Positions 8,165 through 15,557 of a DNA stretch of 54,085 bases are shown here, piece by piece (positions within the stretch are counted from its first letter, which is position 1; each line of letters opens with the position of its first letter). Source of the stretch: an uncultured Clostridia bacterium (lineage in GTDB: Bacteria; Bacillota; Clostridia; Oscillospirales; Acutalibacteraceae); the NCBI GenBank assembly GCA_946627725.1, contig CAMOVW010000001.1, positions 1 through 54,085 on the forward strand, read 5' to 3'. Position numbers and translations under genes: made by a program. The notes beneath the pieces were generated by a model. It searched no databases. It saw only the letters and a program-made list of their open reading frames with translations, and was not told the origin of the DNA.

Positions 8165-8314
8165 TTATCCTCCTTTTTTGCGCTTTCGTCGTATTCCGTG
8201 CGGATAGTGCGTCCATGCGATGCCGACAATGCAAACCACGCTGAAAAGAATAAATAAAAGGGCCAGCGCCCCTATAAAGATCGCTGCTTCCAGCAGTTCA
8301 CGCGGCAATTTCAT
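8165..8314 (-). CDS. 49-aa single-TM protein (holin-like), absent from the ORF track
   Basis: Hand translation MKLPRELLEAAIFIGALALLFILFSVVCIVGIAWTHYPHGIRRKRKKGG. ATG 8314 overlaps the RT stop as ATGA. Ends 3 nt before the endolysin GTG. Confidence 0.55.
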   Translation of the reverse strand: MKLPRELLEAAIFIGALALLFILFSVVCIVGIAWTHYPHGIRRKRKKGG

Positions 8315-9654
8315 AAATAGACCACCTCCGCGCTGGCGCACCAGTCGTCATAGCGCGCCCTGATGTCCTCCTCCATCCCGTCGAACGGCTCCACGCCTCG
8401 CACAACGAGCATTTCCACGTCGTAGTCTGTCGCGCCATCCTCCGTCGACAGTGGCAGCACATGGGGCCGCAGATACACGTCCACCGTGCCGTCCTCCTGC
8501 TCCTGGATGGTATAAAAATGCCGCCTCCCCGGCGGCTGATCGCTCTCAATATTCATATTGTCGCACCTTTGAAGTACAAAGTGTTCCTCGATCCAGCGGA
8601 TCATGTTGTGACCGTTACAATGCTTGCACATCCCGATATAGCAGATCACGCTTTCCATCGCCGCGTCATAGCTGATTTGCCATGCGGCAAAGGCCTCCAT
8701 GATGAAGCGCAGGCTCCGCTTGATGTGCGTCGTGGTCTTTCGCCTCATGCGGATGCCGTGCGGCGTCAGCAGATAGCCCACGAACTCAACCGGGGCCGTC
8801 GCCTTTTGGATTCGGCTTTTCGGGCTGATGTCAAGCAGCAGCTCGTCCCGTAGGAAGGTTTCGATGGCGGCGAATATTCGCTTTGCGTTTTCTTTGCCTT
8901 TGACAAGGATGCAGAAATCGTCCATGTAGCGCACATAGTAGTGTACTTTCAGCGTGCGCTTGATGAATTGATCCAGCTTATCCAGAAACAGGTTGGCCGT
9001 TTCCTGGCTCGTCAGGTTGCCGATGGGCATACCCACATCATAGAGCCGCCGCCATCGTGGGCAATCATCCGGCTTCATCCCCGGAGGCAGGCCGAAAGGC
9101 ACGTCCGGGTTATTGATGATCGTCCGCATAAGCCAGCGAAACCAGGCGTCGTCTGATACCTCGTCGTAGGTATTCAGCACCTTCCCGTGTTCAACCCGGT
9201 AAAAGTATTTGCTGATGTCGCCCTTGATAAGATACCATTCGTCCGCGTCCGGCTTCCGGCTGATCTTCTGCTGCCAGTTTTGCAGGCACTCCGCCGCTGG
9301 CAGCGTTCCTTTGCCCTTCCGGCACCCGTAGCTGTGCGTGATATATCGCTTGTCCAGATATGGGTTGATTTGCCGGTAGATGGCCCATTGCACAACGCGA
9401 TCCCGAAAGCCCAGCGCCATGACGAGCCTCGGCTTCGGGTAGCGTACATAAAATTCCCGATATGGCCCCACCTTGTAGGTCATATCCAGTAGCTCTTTCT
9501 GTATCTGGTGCAGATTCGCGCCCAGGTTGAAAGAGAAGTCCAAAACCTCATTGCGATACCGTTTCCCCTTTGCGGCGTCCCGGTAAGCGCCCATCAGGTT
9601 TTCAAAATCACAGATGCGGTCTTTCAGATTGTGCAGCCCTTCCAAAACATTCAC
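8311..9654 (-). CDS. diversity-generating retroelement reverse transcriptase
   Basis: RT motifs PIGNLTSQ and YVRYMDDF. Sits downstream of TR. Start uncertain: GTG 9654 is favoured, although the ORF stays open to 9870. About 85-95 extra C-terminal residues. Confidence 0.9.
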   Translation of the reverse strand: MNVLEGLHNLKDRICDFENLMGAYRDAAKGKRYRNEVLDFSFNLGANLHQIQKELLDMTYKVGPYREFYVRYPKPRLVMALGFRDRVVQWAIYRQINPYLDKRYITHSYGCRKGKGTLPAAECLQNWQQKISRKPDADEWYLIKGDISKYFYRVEHGKVLNTYDEVSDDAWFRWLMRTIINNPDVPFGLPPGMKPDDCPRWRRLYDVGMPIGNLTSQETANLFLDKLDQFIKRTLKVHYYVRYMDDFCILVKGKENAKRIFAAIETFLRDELLLDISPKSRIQKATAPVEFVGYLLTPHGIRMRRKTTTHIKRSLRFIMEAFAAWQISYDAAMESVICYIGMCKHCNGHNMIRWIEEHFVLQRCDNMNIESDQPPGRRHFYTIQEQEDGTVDVYLRPHVLPLSTEDGATDYDVEMLVVRGVEPFDGMEEDIRARYDDWCASAEVVYL

Positions 9655-9917
9655 CCCGCCCTGTGAACTGCCGCGCGTGACGTGTTCCGTCAGGCATAGA
9701 CTGTAATGCCCCAAAATCGCTTTAGGGTATGCTGCGGACAGCCATAGCCCGTTGCCCTTCCGGGCGCTTCGCGGTGATTCCTGCCGCGTGTTTCCTGCGG
9801 AGCGTTCTTGCCGCCGCGCGTCAGGATTTTTGTTTAGCCCCTTCGGGCCGAGGAAACGCACCCCTCCCATCAGCGGATGGCCGCTGATTCGTAATCTCGC
9901 GGCGCGTAATATATGCT
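9655..9917 (-). ncRNA. DGR spacer region between TR and RT (probable part of the TR-containing RNA)
   Basis: No RBS-supported coding. Hairpin ATCAGCGG-CCAT-CCGCTGAT on the minus strand near 9870-9890. The position matches the Sp region of known DGR RNAs. Confidence 0.5.
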
Positions 9918-10037
9918 GGGAGCGGGGGCGGCACCCATAGTTGTTGTTGGCGTTGCCGCGCTCGTTGTTGGCATTGACATAGCCAAGCCCCGCGTTGCTG
10001 CCGTTGTTGTAGTTGCCGCCGCGACGGGGGAAGCGCT
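9918..10037 (-). repeat. DGR template repeat (TR)
   Basis: 120 nt collinear with VR (offset 728 nt). The sense strand is rich in AAC codons (…GGC AAC TAC AAC AAC GGC AGC AAC…AAC GCC AAC AAC AAC TAT…). Confidence 0.9.
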
Positions 10038-10066
10038 AAAGAACGCATGGATTCAGACCGTCCAAA

Positions 10067-10489
10067 TCACGGCGCGTTCCCTCTGCTATCGCCACTCTTG
10101 CGGCCAGATACGCTATTCATCCAGCCGCCGATCAAAGCCCCGATCTCGTCAATCTTCTTTGACCATTCGCCGTAGCTCTGATCCGTGAGCAATCGCCTTG
10201 TTTTTCCGCTCTTGTCCGTGAAAATGATCTTGTTCGCCTGCTGGATGAAGATGTCCAGCACGGCCTTGCTGGTGTCCAGGTCGGCCAGCGTGCTTTTGTT
10301 CATGTACCGCAGGCGGGCCTTTGTCGCCAGCCGCAGCATCGTGTACATTTCCTGCATGATGTCCACGCCCAGGCTCCGCTTATGGAAGCTCGGCCAGCGC
10401 TCCACGATGGGGCGCGCGTATTGGATCATGTCGTCGATCTTCTGGCAGCATGGCCCCGGATTGCTCCTGTCGTACTTAAATTCCGGCAT
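10067..10489 (-). CDS. avd: accessory variability determinant (Avd-like helical bundle protein)
   Basis: 140 aa helical protein sitting between the target gene and TR, as in canonical DGRs. Confidence 0.75.
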   Translation of the reverse strand: MPEFKYDRSNPGPCCQKIDDMIQYARPIVERWPSFHKRSLGVDIMQEMYTMLRLATKARLRYMNKSTLADLDTSKAVLDIFIQQANKIIFTDKSGKTRRLLTDQSYGEWSKKIDEIGALIGGWMNSVSGRKSGDSRGNAP

Positions 10490-10583
10490 ATCATTCTCTC
10501 CGTCCGGCGGATATTATTTTCCCCATCACGCGCGCGTCATGGAAACTATTAACGCGCGCGTGATAACGGGGAAAGGGGTTGAT

Positions 10584-10608
10584 GGGGCACGCCCTATCGG
10601 GCGGCCCC
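10584..10608 (-). promoter_or_regulatory. GC-rich hairpin with 4-nt loop downstream of VR (DGR target-site structure candidate)
   Basis: Minus strand GGGGCCGCCC-GATA-GGGCG(T)GCCCC: 10 bp with one bulge, 37 nt 3' of the VR end. Confidence 0.55.
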
Positions 10609-10640
10609 GGTCAGGGGTTCAGTATTCAGTTTCCAGGGGT

Positions 10641-11855
10641 TCAGAGGGAGCGGGGGCGGCACCCATAGTAGTTGAAGACGTGGCCGCGCTCGTCGAAGGC
10701 ACTGACATAGCCAAGCCCCGCGCCGCTGCCGTTGAGGAAGGAGCCGCCGCGACGGGGGAAGCGCTCGCCTGCCACGAAGTTGACGTAGTAATAGCCGGGG
10801 GTATCGTCGCCCGCTCCGGTCTTGATAAGGCCCAGCTCGTAAACGATGCTCGGCACATAAGGCAGGCGCGTGGTGTTCACCGCGACCGTGCTGAAACTCT
10901 CGCCCTTGCTGCCCACGGTCAGGTCGTCGCATTGCGTGTCCAGGGTGATATGCCCGTTCAGCCAGTTCCAATGAAGCGTGCCAGCCGTGCCGGGGGCGAC
11001 GAGGGTATAGCCGTTGTCGCTGGTGTTCGGCAGGATCGCGCGCCACGCGGCGGAAGAAGCGGACAGGTCGGCGTCCGGGTCGGCGGCGTTGTTGTTCTCC
11101 AGGATTTGCAGCTCACAGTCCACGATGCGGTAGCCGTACTGCTGTTCCAGGCTGGAGCCGATGATGTCCGCCAGCAGGGCCGGGTCGCTGCCCAGATACC
11201 AGTCCAGCGGGCCGGTGCCGTTCAGCGTCCGATAGCCGGTCTGATGGGCCGCGTCGGGCGTGCCGTCGTTGCTGGTGCCGCCCACAAACTTGCCCTTCTC
11301 CCAATAGGTCGGGGCCAGGTCGGGCCGCAGCTCCGCCGCCGTGGTGTGGGCAATCAGGCACTTGTAAATGTACCCGTTGTAGGCTCTTTCCGTGTTCACG
11401 GACAGCGCCTTGCCGGTTTCCCAGGCGCTCGCGTCCTGGTGTGCCTGCCCCCAGGCGGTATTTCCGTGCGGCTTCCAGCCGTTTTTCTGCGCCAGCAGCT
11501 TGATAAAGCCGTAGTCCGCACAGGTCATGCCGGTAATGCCGGGGCCAGCCAGCTTCATGCGGGAAAGGCACTGATCCGCGCCCAGGGTCCGGGCCGGGTT
11601 GATGTTCGGCAGGCTCACCAGCGCGCCGCCGGAAACGCCGTTCTCGCCGCCCTTGTACTTGCCCAGCAGAATGTAATCCTGCTCCACGCCATTGATGATA
11701 AAGGCCGGGTGCGTGTGCTCCGGCAGCCCCGCCACCAGATCGGAGCTTTTCATTTTGGGGAATTTGACGAAGATACCGGCCACGTTGCCGTCCGCGTCGT
11801 ACTTCACGACGTTACCGTACTTCTTCGCCAGAAATTCAAGAGGGCTGTTATTCAT
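10641..11855 (-). CDS. DGR target protein: distal tail-fibre / receptor-binding protein with C-terminal variable region
   Basis: 404 aa. The last 40 codons are VR (…RRGGSFLNGSGAGLGYVSAFDERGHVFNYYGCRPRSL). Follows the fibre genes. Internal YNGYIYKCLIAH…YWEK carbohydrate-binding-like motif. Confidence 0.85.
   Translation of the reverse strand: MNNSPLEFLAKKYGNVVKYDADGNVAGIFVKFPKMKSSDLVAGLPEHTHPAFIINGVEQDYILLGKYKGGENGVSGGALVSLPNINPARTLGADQCLSRMKLAGPGITGMTCADYGFIKLLAQKNGWKPHGNTAWGQAHQDASAWETGKALSVNTERAYNGYIYKCLIAHTTAAELRPDLAPTYWEKGKFVGGTSNDGTPDAAHQTGYRTLNGTGPLDWYLGSDPALLADIIGSSLEQQYGYRIVDCELQILENNNAADPDADLSASSAAWRAILPNTSDNGYTLVAPGTAGTLHWNWLNGHITLDTQCDDLTVGSKGESFSTVAVNTTRLPYVPSIVYELGLIKTGAGDDTPGYYYVNFVAGERFPRRGGSFLNGSGAGLGYVSAFDERGHVFNYYGCRPRSL
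10646..10765 (-). repeat. DGR variable repeat (VR)
   Basis: 120 nt versus TR gives 16 mismatches. 15 are at TR sense-strand adenines. The 3' end TGCCGCCCCCGCTCCC is identical in both. Confidence 0.9.
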
Positions 11856-12018
11856 CCGTGCCGCCCTCCTCCATCATTTCGACGAGTTCCTGGTACTCCT
11901 CCACGGTGATGCGGTCAGCCATCAGGAAAACGTCGAGCTTCTGCAAGGTGGATTCGCGGTCAAGATTGCCCTTCTTGATGCCGTTCTCGATGATCCGCTT
12001 CATCAGCTTGTAAGTCAT
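11848..12018 (-). CDS. small XkdX-like tail-fibre-associated protein (paralogue 2)
   Basis: ATG 12018 behind GGAGGTAAACACC. MTYKLMKRIIENGIKKGNL…ITVEEYQELV. The ORF-track entry 11848..12099 is an upstream extension. Confidence 0.5.
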   Translation of the reverse strand: MTYKLMKRIIENGIKKGNLDRESTLQKLDVFLMADRITVEEYQELVEMMEEGGTDE

Positions 12019-12095
12019 GGTGTTTACCTCCATTCCTTTCAGAATTTTGTTATACTGCCGGTCAATGATCTTCCCGGCGATCCAGGCCGTCAGGC

Positions 12096-12257
12096 TCATT
12101 CGTCCATCAGCCCCACAAGCTCCCTGTACTGGTCGGCGGTCAGCCGGTCAGCGGCCAGAAAGGCGTCCAGCTTGTCCATGATCCCGGCCCGCTTTTCCTC
12201 CAGCGTGCCGTCCTTCTTCGCGTTCAGAATGATCCGCTTCATCAGGTTATAGGCCAT
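12096..12257 (-). CDS. small XkdX-like protein (paralogue 1), absent from the ORF track
   Basis: Hand translation MAYNLMKRIILNAKKDGTLEEKRAGIMDKLDAFLAADRLTADQYRELVGLMDE. RBS GGAGGG. Clearly similar to the next gene. Confidence 0.5.
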   Translation of the reverse strand: MAYNLMKRIILNAKKDGTLEEKRAGIMDKLDAFLAADRLTADQYRELVGLMDE

Positions 12258-12260
12258 CTT

Positions 12261-12491
12261 TTATCCCTCCTTTTCTCCGAGTTCCAGCATCGTAACCTCA
12301 TACAAGGTTTCGGCCATCAGCTCGTCGTGTTCGTTGATCTGGGCGCGCAGGGCCTTGAAAGGGGCCAGCTCCGCTTCCCATGCTTCCTTGCGCTTGCGAT
12401 CCCATTCCTCCGGGTCGTCCTCCGGCACGTCGGGCATAACTTCCTCCGCCGTGATTTCCTCCTCCGGGGTCAGGATTTCGTTTTCATCCAT
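12261..12491 (-). CDS. acidic small protein in the fibre module
   Basis: 76 aa, tightly packed within the operon. Confidence 0.5.
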   Translation of the reverse strand: MDENEILTPEEEITAEEVMPDVPEDDPEEWDRKRKEAWEAELAPFKALRAQINEHDELMAETLYEVTMLELGEKEG

Positions 12492-12510
12492 CGGGGTGTC
12501 CTCCTCTCAA

Positions 12511-12798
12511 TCAGCTTGTCAGGGTCGCAACCTGGGCTTCCAGGGTTTCGATCCGTTTCTGTGCGTCCCGAACCTCCGCCTGGTGAATCGTCATGAGCAT
12601 ATCGTAGGCGATGCTGATATGCTGCAAGGCTTCATCCATGGTATTGAAGTTGGTCGCGCTCTGTGCCGTGCCCTGCTGGATCACCGTTCCGGGCGCGGGC
12701 GTAAAGGTCTTGCTCCCGTCGCTGTTGGTCGCTTCGGTGTACGTCCTGGGGCGCTGCACCACATGGTCTTTCCATCCGATCCGCTTGTTGTAGCTCAT
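12511..12798 (-). CDS. short tail-fibre-like protein
   Basis: WKDHVVQRPRTY…GTVIQQGTAQSATNFNTMDEAL resembles the N-termini of Firmicutes prophage fibres. C-terminal coiled coil. Confidence 0.45.
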   Translation of the reverse strand: MSYNKRIGWKDHVVQRPRTYTEATNSDGSKTFTPAPGTVIQQGTAQSATNFNTMDEALQHISIAYDMLMTIHQAEVRDAQKRIETLEAQVATLTS

Positions 12799-12818
12799 AC
12801 TGTTTTCACCTTCTCTCT

Positions 12819-13178
12819 TTACAGCGCGTCATACGCGCCCGTCCTGCTGGTGTTCTCCGTGACCTGGAACAGTTGGAACCGGCAAACATACAAAATGCCC
12901 TCGGTGGCGTCCGCCCTCGCAATGCTCACCGCCTTGCTGCCGATCCTCACGCCGTTGTGGTCGTACAGCTCGACGCCCGTCACCGTAATGTTGCCGCTTA
13001 CGGTGTGGTCAATCAGGAATGTCACTTCCACAACGCCGCTGTTCAGCACTTCGGCCTTTTCGATCTTTGCCTGATACCAAGTGCTCCCCACCTTGTACCG
13101 CGCGTAGGAAGGATCGTTCTTGATCTCCTTCCGCTTCGCCGCAAGGTAGGTGCTGTCCAGCGTGAATACATCCGCCAT
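12819..13178 (-). CDS. baseplate/fibre-associated protein
   Basis: 119 aa lying between the gpI-like gene and the fibre genes. Confidence 0.5.
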   Translation of the reverse strand: MADVFTLDSTYLAAKRKEIKNDPSYARYKVGSTWYQAKIEKAEVLNSGVVEVTFLIDHTVSGNITVTGVELYDHNGVRIGSKAVSIARADATEGILYVCRFQLFQVTENTSRTGAYDAL

Positions 13179-13198
13179 TGTCTTAATCCTCCTTTTCG

Positions 13199-14095
13199 TC
13201 AGATTTCATCCGCGCCGCACATCTTGTAAAGGATTCGGGCGTATGTGTCCTCCGCGTGTGCGGCCTGGATGTCGTTTTCTCCGACGATGCCCAGGGTGTT
13301 TTCCTGCGGGATGGTGCCCGCCTGCACGCCCTCGCTCGTCATGGGGTAGCCGAAAGGATAGGCCGCCGCGTCGCCGCGCATACCGGCCTTTGCTTCGCCC
13401 ACAGCGCCCAGGGTGTTGATCTCCGGGCGCGTGCCGGTCATGGGGTACGGGAAGCGGTGGCTCTCGGCCTCCGCCCCGATGCCCGCTTTCATGCTCTCGT
13501 CGATGATGCCGATGGTGTTCTCCTGCGGCCAGCGTCCGGCCCAGTTCTCCGTGCCGGTCAGCGGGTAGCCGAAGTGCGCCAGAACCTCGCCCGTGGCGAT
13601 GATCCCGATCTTGCACTTGCTTCCGATGCGCAGGCTGTCAAGCACGCTGCGCACGTTCTTTGCCGTGCCGATGGCCTTTCTTGCCCACGCCTCGTTTTCC
13701 GGCGTCCATTCTCCTTCCACAGTCACGCGGAAGTGATACGGGTCGCCGCCGTACTGCCAGTTTTCTTCCAGGTCAACGGCCCCGAAGTAGCTGCCGATGT
13801 ACTGATAAACCGCCTGCGGCGTGCCGAACAGGCGGTACAGCGGGATCGCGTTCTTGATCCATTGGCGCTTTGTTTCCAGGTCGGCGTTGTAGTCGTACAG
13901 GCAGTTTGTTTCCCAGGCCAGTTCATCAAGCCGCCATTCTGGCATCGTGTCGTAGTTCAGCACGCAATCGACGCCCTGCTGGATCGTGTCGTTCATGATC
14001 TGCACAGCAGCCTCGATGGCCTTTGCCACGGCGTACCCGTTCTTGTCTTGCAGAATAAAGCGCGGGACGTGCCTTGTTACGTCAAACGTGAACAT
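13199..14095 (-). CDS. baseplate protein, P2 gpI-like, with C-terminal triple repeat
   Basis: MPEWRLDELAWETNCLYDYN…KRQWIKNAIPLYRLFGT matches the gpI pattern. Follows gpJ. Confidence 0.7.
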   Translation of the reverse strand: MFTFDVTRHVPRFILQDKNGYAVAKAIEAAVQIMNDTIQQGVDCVLNYDTMPEWRLDELAWETNCLYDYNADLETKRQWIKNAIPLYRLFGTPQAVYQYIGSYFGAVDLEENWQYGGDPYHFRVTVEGEWTPENEAWARKAIGTAKNVRSVLDSLRIGSKCKIGIIATGEVLAHFGYPLTGTENWAGRWPQENTIGIIDESMKAGIGAEAESHRFPYPMTGTRPEINTLGAVGEAKAGMRGDAAAYPFGYPMTSEGVQAGTIPQENTLGIVGENDIQAAHAEDTYARILYKMCGADEI

Positions 14096-14110
14096 TCTTC
14101 GTCACCGCCT

Positions 14111-15208
14111 TTATGAAAGGGCCGTCAAGGTGATAGTGCCCTTGCATCGCTGGCTGGCCCCGATCTCGGTATAGGTGACGGCCCCGCCGTTGAAGTTGCT
14201 GCCGTCGCCCCAGGTAACGCGCGTCGCGCCCGCCTGGTAGATGGCCGCCATCAGCCGGTCAGGATTGAAAGCCCGCCCGATTACCTGATCCTGCCACGTC
14301 TGGTAGTCGCTCACCGCTGCCGCAATCGCCGCGCTTGTGGCGCTGCTGTTGTCGCTCGCATAGCGCACGTTCAGCGTATAGGCCACGTCCGCCGCGCGGT
14401 AAACGCTCACGTTGTCGGTCAGAGGCCGCACGTCCTCCGCCGAAAGCGCGTCCAGAACGCTTTGCATGATGGCCGCCGCGCCCGTGTCGCTTGCCAGAAG
14501 CAGATATACGCCCACGTTGCCCGCGCCCATGTTCAGCGCCTTGGCGTCCAGAATTTCGGAGCTTACGGCCTTTGCTACGGCTTCGTACTGCTGTTCGGGG
14601 CCGGTGGAAACGCTCGCAAGGCCGTATTCCCGGATGCGGGCGCGGTAGGTTTCGTCGTCCTCCTCCTCGTTTCCGCCGCTGGCGTCTGTCGCCACGATGA
14701 TGCTGTTTACGCCGCTGTTGGTAATTGCAAGGCCCATCTCCGATCCGGCCAGCAGGCCGTTTCCAACGCTGCCCGTGCGGTCTGCGACAACCTCCACCGT
14801 CACCGTCTGCGCGTAGCCCGTCAGGGTCAAATCCTCCACCAGCAGATAGAAGATTTCGCCGTCCGCCGTCATGGCCGTGCCCGCCTCCAGCACGTCGGAT
14901 TTGCCCGTCGCGTTGGTGGTGATGGTCACGGTGGCCGTCGCCGCCGTCGCCTGGATGCGTGGACAGCTCCTTTGCTCGCCCAGCACGTCCAGATAGTCGC
15001 CCACGGCGTAGCGCAGGGTCGCCATGCGCAGGGCGTTATCCACGCCCGCGAAAACCTGTACGATGTCCTCCTGCACGCTCCGCAGCAGCATGTACTTTTC
15101 GTCGCCCGGATAGAGGATGTCGCCGCCCGCCTCGACGTAGTTAATCATCATCTGCTCCCATATCGCGTCAGGGTCATAGGTCAGATAATGAAGCTCGGTA
15201 TTGTCCAT
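14111..15208 (-). CDS. baseplate J-like protein (gpJ/gp47)
   Basis: ORF trimmed to ATG 15208. Size, order after the gp25-like gene, and N-terminal YPGDEKYMLLRSVQEDI…LRYAVGDYLDVLG. Confidence 0.8.
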   Translation of the reverse strand: MDNTELHYLTYDPDAIWEQMMINYVEAGGDILYPGDEKYMLLRSVQEDIVQVFAGVDNALRMATLRYAVGDYLDVLGEQRSCPRIQATAATATVTITTNATGKSDVLEAGTAMTADGEIFYLLVEDLTLTGYAQTVTVEVVADRTGSVGNGLLAGSEMGLAITNSGVNSIIVATDASGGNEEEDDETYRARIREYGLASVSTGPEQQYEAVAKAVSSEILDAKALNMGAGNVGVYLLLASDTGAAAIMQSVLDALSAEDVRPLTDNVSVYRAADVAYTLNVRYASDNSSATSAAIAAAVSDYQTWQDQVIGRAFNPDRLMAAIYQAGATRVTWGDGSNFNGGAVTYTEIGASQRCKGTITLTALS

Positions 15209-15224
15209 GTTTTCACCGTCCTTT

Positions 15225-15545
15225 CTATGCCCCTTCTTCAAAGGTCACTTCGATAATCACTTTGATGTAAACGCTTCCGTCGTCAAGGATGGTCGCCTCC
15301 GCGTCCACCACTTCCACGTCCGGCTCCCACATCATCACGCGGTCAAGTTCCGGCAGCAGCTCCGCCCGCAATTCTTCAATGGGCAGATCATACAGCGCCG
15401 GATCAAACCCAATGTATCGGTCATAGGGCACTTCGCCCATCCTGCACATGAGAAGGTTTTTCGCGTTTTGAAGCGTCCGCTGTACGATGTCGTCCTCCTG
15501 CCAGTCGATGGGAGAGGCGATATTGTCAATCTGATATTGTGCCAT
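15225..15545 (-). CDS. baseplate wedge protein, gpW/gp25-like
   Basis: 106 aa. IVQRTLQNAKNLLMCRMGEVPYDRYIGFD fits the gp25/GPW family pattern. Confidence 0.8.
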   Translation of the reverse strand: MAQYQIDNIASPIDWQEDDIVQRTLQNAKNLLMCRMGEVPYDRYIGFDPALYDLPIEELRAELLPELDRVMMWEPDVEVVDAEATILDDGSVYIKVIIEVTFEEGA

Positions 15546-15557
15546 GCCCGCCCCTCC

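Noticed and set aside
9655-9870. N-terminal 72 codons of the RT ORF
   Set aside because: The stretch is Arg/Ser/Gly-rich with no RT similarity. It overlaps the expected DGR spacer RNA. The recognisable RT N-terminus begins at about 9654.
10185-11909. 574-aa plus-strand ORF
   Set aside because: It is antisense to the DGR target and avd genes. It has Arg/Gly/Val-rich junk composition and no RBS.
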